Below, piece by piece: positions 36,621 to 50,075 of a stretch of DNA of 64,000 nucleotides. The position numbers and the translations under genes are program-made. Every line of letters starts with the position of its first letter. Position 1 is the first letter of the stretch. The stretch comes from Sphyrna mokarran. Lineage: Eukaryota. The notes below the pieces were generated by a model. The model saw only the letters and a list, made by a program, of their open reading frames with translations, made no database searches and was not told the DNA's origin. Where the stretch lies: NCBI GenBank assembly GCA_024679065.1, contig JAGIQG010000003.1, positions 79,732,001-79,796,000 on the forward strand, given 5' to 3'.

Positions 36621-38959
36621 CCACAGTGCTGTTAAGGAGAAGGTTCCCAAATTTTGACCCAGCAATAACGAAGGAATGGAGATATATTTCTAAATAACGA
36701 TGATAAATGGCTTGTCGAAATCTAGGAATACGTTAGAAGCTCTCACACTCAGCAATTGGTATGCTGCAAGTGAATTTGGAGTCATGAATAAGATGGCTGT
36801 GGGAAAGGAATGAGGAAGAGTAGACCTGTAAAGCAAAAAAAGCTTCTAACAGCAAGAAATAATGGAATTAACAAACTAGGCAAGAGACCACAAAGCAGAT
36901 GTGCTGGAACTTTACTCTCATTACATAACAGTCCCCCACCTGTACATTCTAGAAGATTGAGGTATAGATGAGGAAGCCTAGGATACTGATAGCATTGTTA
37001 TGATCAGATGATCATGTTAATTGCTCTTATGAGAGCTGGCACAGAGATTGTGTCAAGCCATGCTAGTCAGAACTTCAGATACAAACCAGCATGTTCGTAT
37101 ACAATAGGTTGCCATGATGAGGTGAGACCCACAACTACAACATCACATAGTCATGACTGTACGGGATTTTCACAGTAACTTCATTGCTGTGTTAATGTAA
37201 GCCTGTTTGTGACACTAACAAAGTAATTATCTTAAAAATTTTTTTTAGAGCAGACATTTCAAGAGTCACTAAGTGCTAATTTGGTCCATTGTTCTGCACT
37301 AAACAGTTGGAGAGTGAGAACTATTGTAGAGATAATGTTAGCTGTAAACACAGTCACAAAATAATGTTGCAAGCTGGCATGAAAGTCAAAGGTCCCTGAC
37401 GATAACTTAAACTGTAAGCACTCCCAAATCTGTTAGTAATAACATGGGGCTCATTGAAAAGTTCATTTCATTGAAATGACTCCAAGACCGATCACATTTA
37501 AACATATAACACTTCATTGCAGCTCCATCAACAGAGTAAGAAGAAATTACAAAATCTGTAAAATAGACGCTGTTTTACTATTTTGATTCTAAATGTTGGG
37601 TGGACTTGAAACTGGGAATGTTTCAGGTCTGACTTTTAGACCCCTTCTCAGGCACCCCCATGTGTGCTTTACCTGCAAAAATAAGAGCAAGCCCAAATCA
37701 CACTGCACGGGATGGGCGTAACGTGGCAGAAACCCTGCAGCTCTGATCGGTGCCTCCAACTCTGCATGCACAGAAAAAAAAGATAGAATAAAGCTCCACT
37801 GCCACATTGCTCCTGGGTCAGATAATGCCGCTCCCTGACTCTCACAGACATTGCTCCACCATGACTTGACCCCCTTATCCCCCCACCAGCCCACCACCCA
37901 AACCGATTCTTCTGTGTCCTCTTCCTCCCACTGATCTCAGACAGAGCAGCAGTGGACCCTCCCTTCTCTCCCACTGATCTTGGGCAGAGTGGTAGCAGTC
38001 CCCCCTTTCCCCTCACTGATCTCAGGCAGAGAGATCCACCCTCCCCCTCTACCCTTCAGGTAACAGGCAGAGTGACCCCCTTCACCTCCACCCCAGACCC
38101 TCTCACACAAGGCCCCTATCTCCTCAGGACTCTGATGGCCATGTGTCATCTCCCTGTCTCTCCCCTGTCCTCAATCACTGCAGCACTGATTCACCCCCTC
38201 CTCCATTCCACCCCATGCCCATTAGCACATCTATAAGCACTTACTTGCCTTTGTCTTAATGCTAACAAACAAACTGTATGTAACTTGCTAAATGTTCTGC
38301 CAATGAGGAGCAATTCCATTAAAAACTCAAGAATGGACAGGCAGGCACTACAGAAAAATGTGTCTCCCCCACCCCGTTCTTCTGAGAGCGACCTGAACAA
38401 GCTGCTGGATGCAGCAGACACGAGATGGGAAACCCTTTCCCCCCAGGAGGACACAGGCCCGGAGGACTGATGGAAATGCAGCCTGGGAGGCAGTTGTCGC
38501 CTCAGTCAGTGCCAAACCACAAAGCAGTACCAGAAACACATCAATGACCTCACCCAAGCAGCAAGGGTGAGTGCTGAACCTCATCTTACATTTCTCCCCA
38601 AATCTTCACCAGATCCTCCCATCCCCAGCATTCATGCTTTCAGCTCCTCGTCCCCAAGCAGCTCCTTCCTATCCCCCCCAAGAGCCTCACTGCTCTTGCC
38701 ATTTAAGGACCATCACCTAATTCTCGTCAGGAATCATGGCATCATTTCTTTCATGGCTCCCTCTGTCTCCACAGAACATTGACCACAACATCCGTGAGAG
38801 GGCAAAGATAGGCATGGTCTGCCAGACCTCCAGATCCTCACCCCTTTGAAGAGTAGGCACTAGAGTTCTTGAGAGAAGGGAGATGTGGGCTGTCAGCGAT
38901 AGCACGGTCGGGCTGCTGTCAAGATGTGAGCGCCTGTCATTCCTCCACTCACTTTGAGC

Positions 38960-39235
38960 CAACATCTCAGGGCATGAGTTTTGGGTGCAAGGAAATGTAT
39001 GAAGCATGTTTATTTGCACAGAGAGGGTAGTGGGTGTCTGGAACTTGCTGCTGGGGAAACAGATACAATAGTGACTGTAAGGGGCATCTTTACAGTTATG
39101 AGAATGGGAGGGGATTAGAGGCATATGGTCCCTAGAAGGGTGGGGGGTTACAAATCAGATTGGCAGCCTGGTCACTGCAGGCTTGGACAGCCGAAGGGCC
39201 TGTTCCTGCGGTGTAATTTGCTTGGTTCTTTGTCC
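38960..39235 (+). mobile_element. CR1 3' fragment
   Basis: ORF2 end and ccgaagggcctgttcctg 3' UTR. Confidence 0.75.
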
Positions 39236-39239
39236 TATT

Positions 39240-40912
39240 TTCAATGGAGACATGTGAACTGAGGTGACATGACACTGAGGTACAGGATTGCAAATTGGGA
39301 AGTATTGTAGTAGATAGGGAGGATGTGCTAGAAATTCTCGGGGGTTTGAAGTTGGATAAGTCCCCGGGGCCAGACGGGATTTACCCTAGGATTCTCTGGG
39401 AGGCAAGAGAGGAGATTGCAGAGCCTCTGGCTCTGATCTTCAGGTCCTCGTTGGTTACGGGTGTGGTTCCGGAGGACTGGAGGATGGCGAATGTGGTCCC
39501 ATTGTTTAAGAAGGGGAAGAGAGACCTTCCTGGGAATTATAGGCCAGTGAGTCTTACTTCTGTGGTGGGCAAGGTATTGGAGAGAATTATTAGGGATAGG
39601 ATTTATAGTTATTTAGAGAGAAATGAATTGATTGGGGATAGTCAGCATGGTTTCGTGAAGGGTAGGTCATGCCTTACTAACCTCATTTAGTTTTTTGAGA
39701 AAGTGACCAGAGAGGTGGATGGGGGTAAGGCGGTTGATGTAGTATATATGGACTTTAGTAAGGCTTTTGATAAGGTGGCCCATGGAAGACTTCTACAGCA
39801 AATGCAGATGTGTGGAATAGAGGGTGATTTAGCTAATTGGATTAGGAATTGGCTGGCAGATAGAAGACAGAGGGTGGTGGTTGATGGGAGATATTCATCG
39901 TGGAGTTCGGTGACGAGTGGTGTGCCTCAGGGGTCTGTTTTGGGGCCCCTGCTGTTTGTATTTTTTATAAATGATCTGGATGAGGGTATTGAGGGATGGA
40001 TTAGTAAATTTGCAGATGACACTAAAGTCGGTGGAGTGGTAGATAGTGAAGAGGGGTGTTATAGTTTACAGAGTGACTTGGACAAGTTGCAGAGCTGGGC
40101 CGAGAGGTGGCAAATGGAGTTTAATGTGGAAAAGTGTGAGGTAATGCACTTTGGCAGGAACAATAAATGTGTAGAGTATAGGGCTAATGGTAGGGCTCTT
40201 AATAGTGTTGAGGAACAGAAGGATCTTGGTGTATGTGTCAATAGATCCCTGAAAGTAGGCAGTCAAGTGGATAAAGTTGTTAAGAATGCATATGGAGTCT
40301 TAGCTTTTATTGGTAGGGGGATTGAATTTAGGAGCCGCAGCATCATGTTGCAACTGTACAAAACTCTAGTGCGGCCGCACTTGGAGTATTGTGTGCAGTT
40401 CTGGTCCCCACATTATAAGAAAGATGTGGAGGCATTGGAGAGGGTACATAGGAGGTTTACCAGGATGTTGCCTGGTATGGAGGGCAGGTCCTATGAAGAG
40501 AGGTTGAAGGATTTGAGGTTGTTTTCGTTAGAAAGGAGCGGCTAAGAGGGGATCTTATTGAAGCATATAAGATGATTAGAGGTTTAGATAGGGTGGACAG
40601 TGATAGCCTTTTTCCTAGGATGGAGAAAGCTAGCACGAGGGGACACAGCTTTAAATTAAGGGGTGATAGTTATAGGACGGATATCAGAGGTAGGTTCTTT
40701 ACTCAAAGGGTGGTTAGGGAGTGGAATGCCCTACCTGCAGCTGTTGTAGATGCGCCAAGTTTGGTGGCGTTTAAGAGGTTAGTTGATAAGTATATGGAAG
40801 AGAAGGGAATGGTTTAGTTTGGAGGGGCATTGCTTTTTTATTTTGGTCGGCACAACATCGAAGGCCGAAGGGCCTGTTCTGTGCTGTAATGTTCTATGTT
40901 CTATGTTCTATG
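39240..40912 (+). mobile_element. Young CR1 LINE, copy A
   Basis: RT nearly intact (one TAG at 39688-90, one frameshift near 40540); (ttctatg)n tail. Confidence 0.95.
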
Positions 40913-42418
40913 AATTACGTATTTGGCACCCCGGATTTCTCTCCCTTCCTTGTATTTAACCTTGTTTCCTGTGTTGCAGGAACATAACTGGATGCAGCGG
41001 GGTTTTTTGGACTCGAGGACTTCAGCTCCCACCCATCCTGGTCAGGACAGCTCAGAAGAGTCTTCAGAGGATATGGGAGAAGGGATCTCTGAGGATGGCA
41101 ACGTTTTGGTGTCAGCTTCCACCTCACAACTCACCGTCTCATGTTATGACATGTCAGTGGGCCAGTTAATGGTGAGGCTTCTGGGTCACTCTCTGGTGAG
41201 CACGACACATTTAATATACGTGGAGTGGAAGATAGAACGTCTGAGGTCTCTGGCATGTGGGGCCTGCCAGAAGCAAAGACTCAGCTGGCCCTAGGCCAGG
41301 TGCTGGGATCTCTGAGATCACTTCTTCCTCAGCTGCTGGAGATGTAACAACAGAGCCAGGGAATGCAGGAGGGGCTGACGGCCACACTGGACTGACTGCA
41401 AAGCTGTCGGAAGGAGTCTTAAAGCTTTCAGGTGAACCAGGTTTTGCCTGTCTTGCATCTTCCCCACGCCAACCCATCAAGGGTGGCATTTGCAATGGAA
41501 AGTCTAGGGCAGGGGGATCATCACCATGAGTGACAGGCTCCAAGCAATGGCTGAATGACAGCAGGCCACAGCTGAGGGACTGAACAGGATTCTGCGGCTC
41601 ATGGTTGAAATGCTCCAGAGCTTGAAGGAGACACAGCGGGATAGCACTGAGACATAGTGGGCTATGGCAGCACTTCTTGAGACCATAGCCAATCGCAGAG
41701 GGTCATGGTTGAGGCGTTGCAGAGTGTGGCACAGTTTCAGAGGGCACTTGATGCAGTCATTGACAGGTGGATCTCAAGTGACCATTTCAGAAGGCTCGAC
41801 CACCATGAGTAGGATGCAGATGGTACTCCAGGACTGGCAGTGCCAAGTGATGCCAGAGCTTCTGGAACTCACTGCAGAAGAATCGCCGTCCGATGGAGTG
41901 ACCCAGGGGTCCTTGGGAACACCAAGGGAGGAGGAATGGATTGAGTCCACACTGGAGCCTTCCAGAAAGAGACTGTGGCTGTGGCAATATCTTCTGGCTC
42001 CCCACTTTCTGACAACAAGGCATCTCAGGGGCAGCTGGACGAAGAGGGTGTCATGGAAATATCCCAGACACTTGGAAGCTGACCAAGGCCCTCAATGTCC
42101 AGAGCCTCCAGAGAACACAAGCCACGCGCCTCACAGTCAATGGGGCAAGGTAGGCAGCTGGGCCCCTTCTACCTCCAATGTACATTCTCGGGTATCACTG
42201 AGACCTGGTGGTCAGCCATATAAGGTTAGAAAGTTGTATTTGCACTGAGATGGCATGGTAAAGGGCTGCACTATTTAGAAAGGTATTTAAACATCTTAAC
42301 ATTTTCTGTTCACAGGTTTTTATGTTAGAATGTTTTACGTAAACACCTTTATTGCAATTGAATATTTTTTCACCACCCACCTGTGATAAATTTGTCTCAA
42401 ATTTGTCTTGAATAGGAA

Positions 42419-43079
42419 TAGAACATAGAACATTACAGCACAGAACAGGCCCTTCGGCCTTCGATGTTGCGCCAACCAATATAAAAAGCAATGCCCCTCC
42501 AAACTAAACCATTCCCTTCTCTTCCATATACTTATCAACTAACCTCTTAAACGCCACCAAACTTGGCGCATCTACAACTGCTGCAGGCAGGGCATTCCAC
42601 TCCCGAACCACCCTTTGGGTAAAGAACCTGCCTCTGATATCCGTCCTATAACTATCACCCCTTAATTTAAAGCTGTGTCCCCTCGTGCTAGCTTTCTCCA
42701 TCCTAGGAAAAAGGCTATCACTGTCCACCCTATCTAACTCTCTAATCATCTTATATGTTTCGATAAGGTCCCCTCTTAGCCGCCTCCTTTCTAACGAAAA
42801 CAACCTCAAATCCTTCAGCCTCTCTTCATAGGACCTGCCCTCCATACCAGGCAACATCCTGGTAAACCTCCTCTGTACCCTCTCCAATGCCTCCACATCT
42901 TTCTTATAATGTGGGGACCAGAACTGCACACAATACTCCAAGTGCGGCCGCACTAGAGTTTTGTACAGTTGCAACATGACGTTGCGGCTCCGAAATTCAA
43001 TCCCTCTACCAATAAAAGCCAAGACTCCATATGCCTTCCTAACAACCTTCTCGACCTGACTGCCTACTTTCAGGGATCC
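42419..43079 (-). mobile_element. Young CR1 LINE, copy B (same family, open C-terminal ORF)
   Basis: ORF 42504-43097 is almost identical to the copy A and C proteins. Confidence 0.95.
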
Positions 43080-43559
43080 TCTTCCATTGATGATCACCAG
43101 AGGATTGCTTCATATTAATGTTGGGGATTTGGGGAAATTCCTTAATGATGTGTTACTGAGAACAGAAAGCCACTGGTTCTCCAGAACCCGCAAATGATTC
43201 CCTCCTGTCCTCCACCCCACCCATCTCAGGGTTCTGTATGGGGCTTTCAGATTCCTTACCCACTACACAGACATGGATTCAGGTGCCATGTTGTGCTCAA
43301 ATAGGAGACAGACTAGTTAGCTCCAGGGCACCATCATAATGGTGTTTAGCAAGTCATCATCACTCTTCTGTCTACCAAAAAACTTGCTAACACAATGTAC
43401 CTATCCTCACCATTCTGGTATGACAATGTTGCAGGAGATAGAAGGAATTTTGGTTATTGGGATGTGGGATGGAATTGCGGGCATTTCCAGACACAAGCCC
43501 CTAGTGACTGATCCGCCTGGTGATCAGGGCCTCCCTAGCCACTCAGGAATGCCTCATTT

Positions 43560-46540
43560 GAACTACCAGCTCACCAGCACTTACATTGATATGCTCTTCT
43601 TCTTCCTCCTCCTCTTCCTGATAGTCACTCTCCCTAGCGAAATGCGAATGGTCAGCCTCCACTTCCTCCTTCTCCTCCTGCAAAAGGTCAGTTCCCTGCA
43701 GAGCCACAACATACAACCAAAAAGCAGGAAGAGATGATAGGGCTGGATTGGAGGGCCCTGCCAGAGAGATCCAGGCTCTGGAATTGCATTTTGAGGAGCT
43801 CAGTGCACCTCTCCATTATCGTGCAGTGGCTACATTGGCCTCATTATTGCGGGTCTCACCCTTAGTTACAGGCTTCCGCACAGGCATCATCAGCCATGCT
43901 TGATGCAGGTGACCCGTATTACCCACGAGTCACCCTGGGCTTCTCCTCAAATGCCTCCGGGATGTCAGAGCTTCTGATAATGAAGCTAACATTCATGCTG
44001 CCTGGGTCTTTTGCACGGACATGCATAATGTCTTTATGCATACATTATTCTTTAGATATTCTAAATATTCTTTAGATATGTTAAGAATAGAAGATTGGTT
44101 AGGTCAAGATTAGGGCCAGTCATAGACAGCAGTGGGAAGTTGTGCGTGGAGCCTGAAGAGATTGGAGAGACACTGAATAAATATTTCTCTTCGGTATTCA
44201 CGCAGGGTGATGTAAATGTAGTTGTGGAGAACACTGAGGTACAGGGTAGCAAACTGGAATGTATCGAAGTAGGTAGGGAGGATGTGCTAGATATTCTCGA
44301 GGGTTTGAAGTTGGATAAGTCCCCTGGGCTGGACGGGATTTATCCTAGGATTCTCTGGGAGGCAAGAGAGGAGATTGCAGAGCCTCTGGCTCTGATCTTC
44401 AGGTCGTCGTTGGTTACGGGTGTGGTTCCGGAGGACTGGAGAATAGCGAATGTGGTCCCATTGTTCAAGAAGGGGAAGAGAGACCTTCCAGGGAATTATA
44501 GGCCAGTGAGTCTTACTTCTGTTGTGGGCAAAGTATTGAGAGAATTATTAGGGATAGGATTTATAGTTATTTAGAGAGAAATGAATTGATTGGGGATAGT
44601 CAGCATGGTTTTGTGAAGGGTAGGTCGTGCCTTACTAACCTCATTGAGTTTTTGAAAAAGTGACTAAAGAGGTGGATGGGGGTAAGGCGGTTGATGTGGT
44701 ATATATGGACTTTAGTAAGGCGTTTGATAAGGTGGCCCATGGAAGACTTCTGCAGAAATGCAGATGTATGGGATAGAGGGTGATTTAGCTAATTGGATTA
44801 GGAATTGGCTAGCTGATAGAAGACAGAGGGTGGTGGTTGAGGGAAATTTTTCATCATGGAGTTCGGTTACAAGTGGTGTACCTCAGGGATCTGTTTTGGG
44901 GCCCCTGCTGTTTGTAATTTTTATAAATGATCTGGTGAGGGTATTGAAGGATGGATTAGTAAATTTGCGGATGACACCAAAGTCGGAGGAGTGGTAGATA
45001 GTGAAGAGGGGTGTTCTAGTTTGCAGAGAGACTTGGACAAGTTGCAGAGCTGGGCCGAGAGGTGACAAATGGAGTTTAATGTGGAAAAGTGTGAGGTAAT
45101 GCACTTTGGCAGGAACAATAAATGTGTAGAGTATAGGGCTAATGGTAGGGCTCTTAATAGTGTTGAGGAACAGAAGGATCTTGGTGTATGTGTCAATAGA
45201 TCCTGAAAGTAGGCAGTCAAGTGGATAAAGTTGTTAAGAAGGCATATGGAGTCTTAGATTTTATTGGTAGGGGGATTGAATTTAGGAGCCGCAGCATCAT
45301 GTTGCAACTGTACAAAACTCTAGTGCGGCCGCACTTGGAGTATTGTGTGGAGTTCTGGTCCCCGCATTATAAGAAAGATGTGGAGGCATTGGAGAGGGTA
45401 CAGAGGAGGTTTACCAGGATGTTGCTGGGTATGGAGGGCAGGTCTTATGAGGAGAGGCTGAGGGATTTGAGGTTGTTTTCGTTAGAAAGAAGGCGGCTAA
45501 GAGGAGACCTTATTGAAACATATAAGATGATTAGAGGTTAGATAGGGTGGACAGTGATAGCCTTTTTCCTAGGATGGAGAAAGCTAGCACGAGGGTACAC
45601 AGCTTTAAATTAAGGGGTGATAGTTATAGGACGGATATCAGAGGTAGGTTCTTTACCCAAAGGGTGGTTCGGAGTGGAATGCCCTGCCTGCAGCAGTTGT
45701 AGATGCGCCAAGTTTGGTGGCGTTTAAGAGGTTAGTTGATAAGTATATGGAAGAGAAGGGAATGGTTTAGTTTGGAGGGGCATTGCTTTTCATATTGGTC
45801 GGCGCAACATCGAAGGCCGAAGGGCCTGTTCTGTGCTGTAATGTTCTATGTTCTATGTTCTAACGTTCATATTATGGTCACACTCACAACATTCAGGGAG
45901 TGGAACTCCTTTCTGTTGACGAGTCTTAGCTGATTCTGTAGGGGAGCATTGAGTCAATGGCTCTTGAACGTTAGGTATCCCCACAACGACTGCAAACCTT
46001 GCAGCCCGGGCTTCCAGATGGGCCTAGGCCAGGTTAAATTTGATACATTGCCCAGCCCAGCCATACAGGGCTTCCATGACCTGATTGACACAGATGTGCA
46101 CAACTGGCTGGGAAATACCACATACATCTACACTAGGGGTCTCAAAGGAGTCAGTGGCACAAAAGTTCAGCTGTCAATTTGACAGCCACCAAGAGTGGGT
46201 GCCCTCCCACCCCAAGGTGCCAAGTCCTGCAATAGGTGGTACAAATATTGTACTGTCTCTTTTCAGAGACCGAGCCATCGGTGACACACTATGTCTGACA
46301 TCTGTTCAAATGATACTCGTGCCGGAGTCTCCTCTCCCTCCTTCTCCTACGACCCCCTCTGGGTGAATGATGGCCACTTCCTGAGTCTGGTGGTTGTCTC
46401 ACTCTATTCCTGCAAGTGGTAAGATCTGGGACTCCTATACCCACAATTCTTCCTCCAGCTCCTCCTCATCGGCTGCTGCAGCAACCAAAAGAACATGAAG
46501 ATCAATCAGTTGCATCGCAAAAACCATCTCATCACCCTGA
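43560..46540 (-). pseudogene. Harbinger DDE transposase (HARBI1-like), split by CR1
   Basis: SFEQMSD, LVNRKEFHSLNV, IMHVRAKDPGS...SFIIRSSDIP, VERCTELLKMQFQSLDLSGRALQ, acidic tail. Confidence 0.85.
44060..45862 (+). mobile_element. Young CR1 LINE, copy C
   Basis: Same family; several 1-nt deletions. Confidence 0.95.
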
Positions 46541-47269
46541 AGGGGGAGGGGGAGGTTAGAGATGAAGAGGAATGCACATACAAGTTAAAGAATGCTGCTT
46601 GCCCCTAGCACAGCAACTGTCACTGTCCGTGCTGCCCATTCCTCAATCACATGCTCTCCACAATCAAAGCTCCTTGAAAGGTTCAAAAGCTGTATCACTG
46701 CAATTTGCAAGGACTCTGTGCACATTCTTCAGATGGTGGAGTGCTGAATGCACTAGAACCCAGCAGCATCCACAAGATCTGAGGTCAGTGCTGAGACCAG
46801 GTTCGTGCTGCAAATCAGACTTCGGACAACCTGCTGAGCACCAGTCCCCCCACTTACCCGCCCCTACCTGTACACACTCGCAAAACCTCCATTGACTCAA
46901 GGAAGAAAATGGCTGCAATGAAGGACCCCTGGAAGCAGCAGAGAGCTATCGAATGCTGGGTAATTACCTCCTCACATACCTTCACTGATGGCATGCCTGA
47001 TATAGCATGTCTGTTTTGCACCGATTCCGGACTGGCGGTATTAAAAGGGGAAGTGCCAATAAAGCTGGACACGCAGCCCATTAAGTCAATTGAAATGCAT
47101 GCAAATGACCATCACAAATGTTTCGGGCGTGGTTCCAGTTGTGGCTGTTTTCAGGTCTTGGTCAAAGGGGAACCGCTGAGGATGCACTACTTGTCACACA
47201 CCCGACTTTAACAAAGTTTGTGCACCTGAAAACGGGCGCAACTCGATGATAAAATCAGACCCCATATGT

Positions 47270-47830
47270 GATAGACCATTGAAGATGGCAGGACAGGTGG
47301 AGGGAATAGTTAATAAAGCATATAGTATTATTATTAATTATTATTTATTATTATACAATAACAATGAGGTCAGTCTGAATTTATACAGGAAGCTAATTAG
47401 ATCTCAGCTGAAATACTGTGTATAATTCTGGGTGCCACACTATAGGAAGGATGTGAATACATTGGAGGAAGTGCACAAATGGCCTATAAGTTCCAGGGAT
47501 GAGAAAGTTCAGTTATGAGGATAGATTGAAAAGGTTGGAACTTTTCTTCTTGAAAAGAAGAAAGCGAAAAGGAGATTATACAGATGGTCAAAATCATGAA
47601 GGGTCTCGATGGAGTAGATAGAAAAAAACTGTTCCTGCTTGTAAAAGAATGAAGAACAAAAGGGTACAGGTTTAAAGTAGTTTGAAAAAAAAGCAAATAT
47701 GAAATGAGAAAAGAAAATCACACGACGTGCCATTTTGGTCTAGAATGCACTGCCTGAAAGTGTGGCAAAGGCACGCTCAATTGAAGCATTTAAGAGGGCA
47801 TTCGATCATAGTTTGAATAGAAACAAATAT
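47270..47830 (+). mobile_element. Old CR1 3' fragment; related copy on minus at about 49500-49880
   Basis: QLKYCV*FWVPHY-type motif; LELFSLERRKLRGDL in the second copy. Confidence 0.8.
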
Positions 47831-48125
47831 AATAGTGACTAAATTTAACAAGTATTTTATTGGCTGGGAAAGGCATTTTATAATTGCAAGCCTCCCTTTT
47901 GGAGGAACTTCAATTACAAGGATAGATAGTCACATTGGCTGGAGGGAAAGGAGCAGTGTAAGTTAAAACTATGAGCTAAGCTTGACACATTATCAACATA
48001 AATCAAAAATAGATATGCTTTCAGTTCCTGAGTAGAGAAGGAGATTAATAATTTACCCAACTTCTATTTAACATGGGTTGTGTTGCCACTTTTGGCTTGA
48101 TCTAATCCTGGAGGTTAGAATGCTT

Positions 48126-48765
48126 GGGGCAGGATATTCTGGGTGGCAGTATTGTCCATCTGAAGAGGCAGCGAAGAGCACAACCCTGCCAATACTGGCT
48201 GCCCCTCACTCACGAGGAATATAGTCATCGGCCAGAAACAGTTGTGGCTACTGCTGAGACTGTAGGCAGATTCAGATTTCAGAATAAGATAGTACTTCTA
48301 GTCACAAGGCAGAGAGGGGAGGTGAGGCCTTAGGAGGGGGTGCAAGTGTTACTAGAGAGGCCAGGGATAGGGGTGGGGGTGGGGAGGAACAGCTGCAGGG
48401 GCACTTGATATGGAAAGGAGGCTCAATTGTGGACAGATTAGGGGGATGGGGGTTAAGGGCTAGTCAGGGAATTTATGGGTACATCTGCTAGCAGAAATGG
48501 AGGGAAGGGTGTGAAAATTAGCCCATGATCTCCTTTTCTCAACGTTTTTTGCAAAAATATACTTTATTTGGAAAATAATCTGATAGAACATTACAAACAT
48601 TTCAAAATGGCCTTCACATAAAATGCAATGATACTCAGATTTTCTACATAGATCAAGTTGCATTCTGAGGTGTTTCAATACAGTCAAAAAAGAATTTCAA
48701 AATTTGCCCCAGCCTCTAACCTCTTCACTTGATCACCCAATATTTTCTCAGAGCAATATCTTCCC
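48126..48765. mobile_element. Non-autonomous DNA transposon remnant
   Basis: Termini gggcaggatattct / caatatcttccc; G-rich interior. Confidence 0.45.
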
Positions 48766-49879
48766 AGGCAAATTAGACGGCAAATTCTTTATTGTCAGAT
48801 TGAGTATCGATCAAACAAGCCGTTTTTCTGTATCCAACATGCTTATAATAGATAAATAAGTGTTGAAAAAAATGAATTTTTATTGCCCCAGGTATTTTTC
48901 GCTTGGTTTGCTCACAGCAGCTTCTTGTAAATTCACTTTTAATCTTGAAGACACTGTGATATGTGATAATCCTTCAGGTTTAATCAATCTAATAATTTAC
49001 TTTTGATATAACTATTAAGGCTCTACTTGAATTTAACTTCCCATGTCTTGTTTACGATCTCTAACAGATCTGAATCAGTAACATCTTTATGCCCTGAGCA
49101 TCTTTTTAATGGCCTTTAATATTTTCAATCTCTGTGAGATACTTTATTTTTACAGTAATGATTGATTGCACATTATACCACAAAGTACAAACCTATTGTG
49201 GGACCTGCCAATGCCTGTTTGAGCATAAATATTTAATGATCCAAATGCAGGAGAGCATTTATTACTGACTTCCTCTTGATTAGTTTGCCTTCTGTTACAC
49301 CAGTCCCAGCCTTTAAAGCTCTCCCTTAATTGTAACCAGACCTCTTGAGATTTTAAAACCTCCTGAACTCTGTATAATCTTGAAGCCCTACAACCTCCTG
49401 AGATCTCTGCGCTTCTCGAATTATGGCATATGGTGCATTCCTGGTTTTTATTGATCCAACATTGGTGGCTGTGTCTTTGGCTGTTGAGGGCCTGAGCTTT
49501 CTAAGTAGTTGTGGTGCGGCAAGAGACCATTTGGCCCATCAAGTTTGCTCTGACTATCTAAATGAGTGGCATGATTTAGTGCCATTCTCCTGCCTTTTAC
49601 TTCTCACATTGTTTCTATTCAAATAATGAACAAATGCCCTCTTGAATGCTTCAGTTGAGTATTCCTTTGTCACTAGACCAAAACCATTTATCGTATGAAT
49701 TCTTTTTCTTACTTCATATTTGCTTTTTTTGCAAATCACTTTAAACATGTACCCTCTTGTTTTTGATCCTTTTACTTCATCCAGACACTCCATGATTTTG
49801 AACACTTCCATCAAATCTCCTCTTAACTTTCTTCTCTCCAAAGAGAATAGTTCCAACCTCTTCAATCTATCCAGACTCT

Positions 49880-50075
49880 GGCCAATGCTAAATTGGCCAT
49901 ACAGTATAGCCAATCCATCTAACCTGCACTTAACCTTGGCATTGGGAGGAAACTGAAGCACTCAGAGGAAACCATGCAGACACAAGGAGAACATGCAATC
50001 CACACAGACAATCATCCAAGGCTAGAACTAAACCCAGATCCCTGGTGCTGTGAGGCAGTAGTGCTAACTACTGTG
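49880..50075 (-). mobile_element. V-SINE 5' part
   Basis: Reverse-complement tRNA head (gctgtgaggcagtagtgctaac) and V-domain. Confidence 0.8.

Larger units (their letters stand above)
38332..42250 (+). pseudogene. Harbinger Myb/SANT-like gene, 3 exons, disrupted
   Basis: PRSSESDLNKLLDAA...AAWEAVVASVSA...INDLTQAAR, donor gtgagt near 38568; exon 2 from about 38775 (HNIRERAK, LQILTP); exon 3 from about 40980. Confidence 0.8.
37566..47263 (+). mobile_element. Full-span decayed PIF/Harbinger DNA transposon
   Basis: Convergent Myb/SANT-like and DDE nuclease genes; ends match MITE 11509-12328; ATA flanks both ends (candidate 3-bp TSD). Confidence 0.88.

Noticed and set aside
39295-40817. Functional reverse transcriptase gene
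   Set aside because: 5'-truncated CR1 with no endonuclease domain, an in-frame stop and a frameshift.
48890-48990. Possible small exon on either strand
   Set aside because: Weak donor on plus, poor acceptor on minus, no partner exons or recognisable homology.
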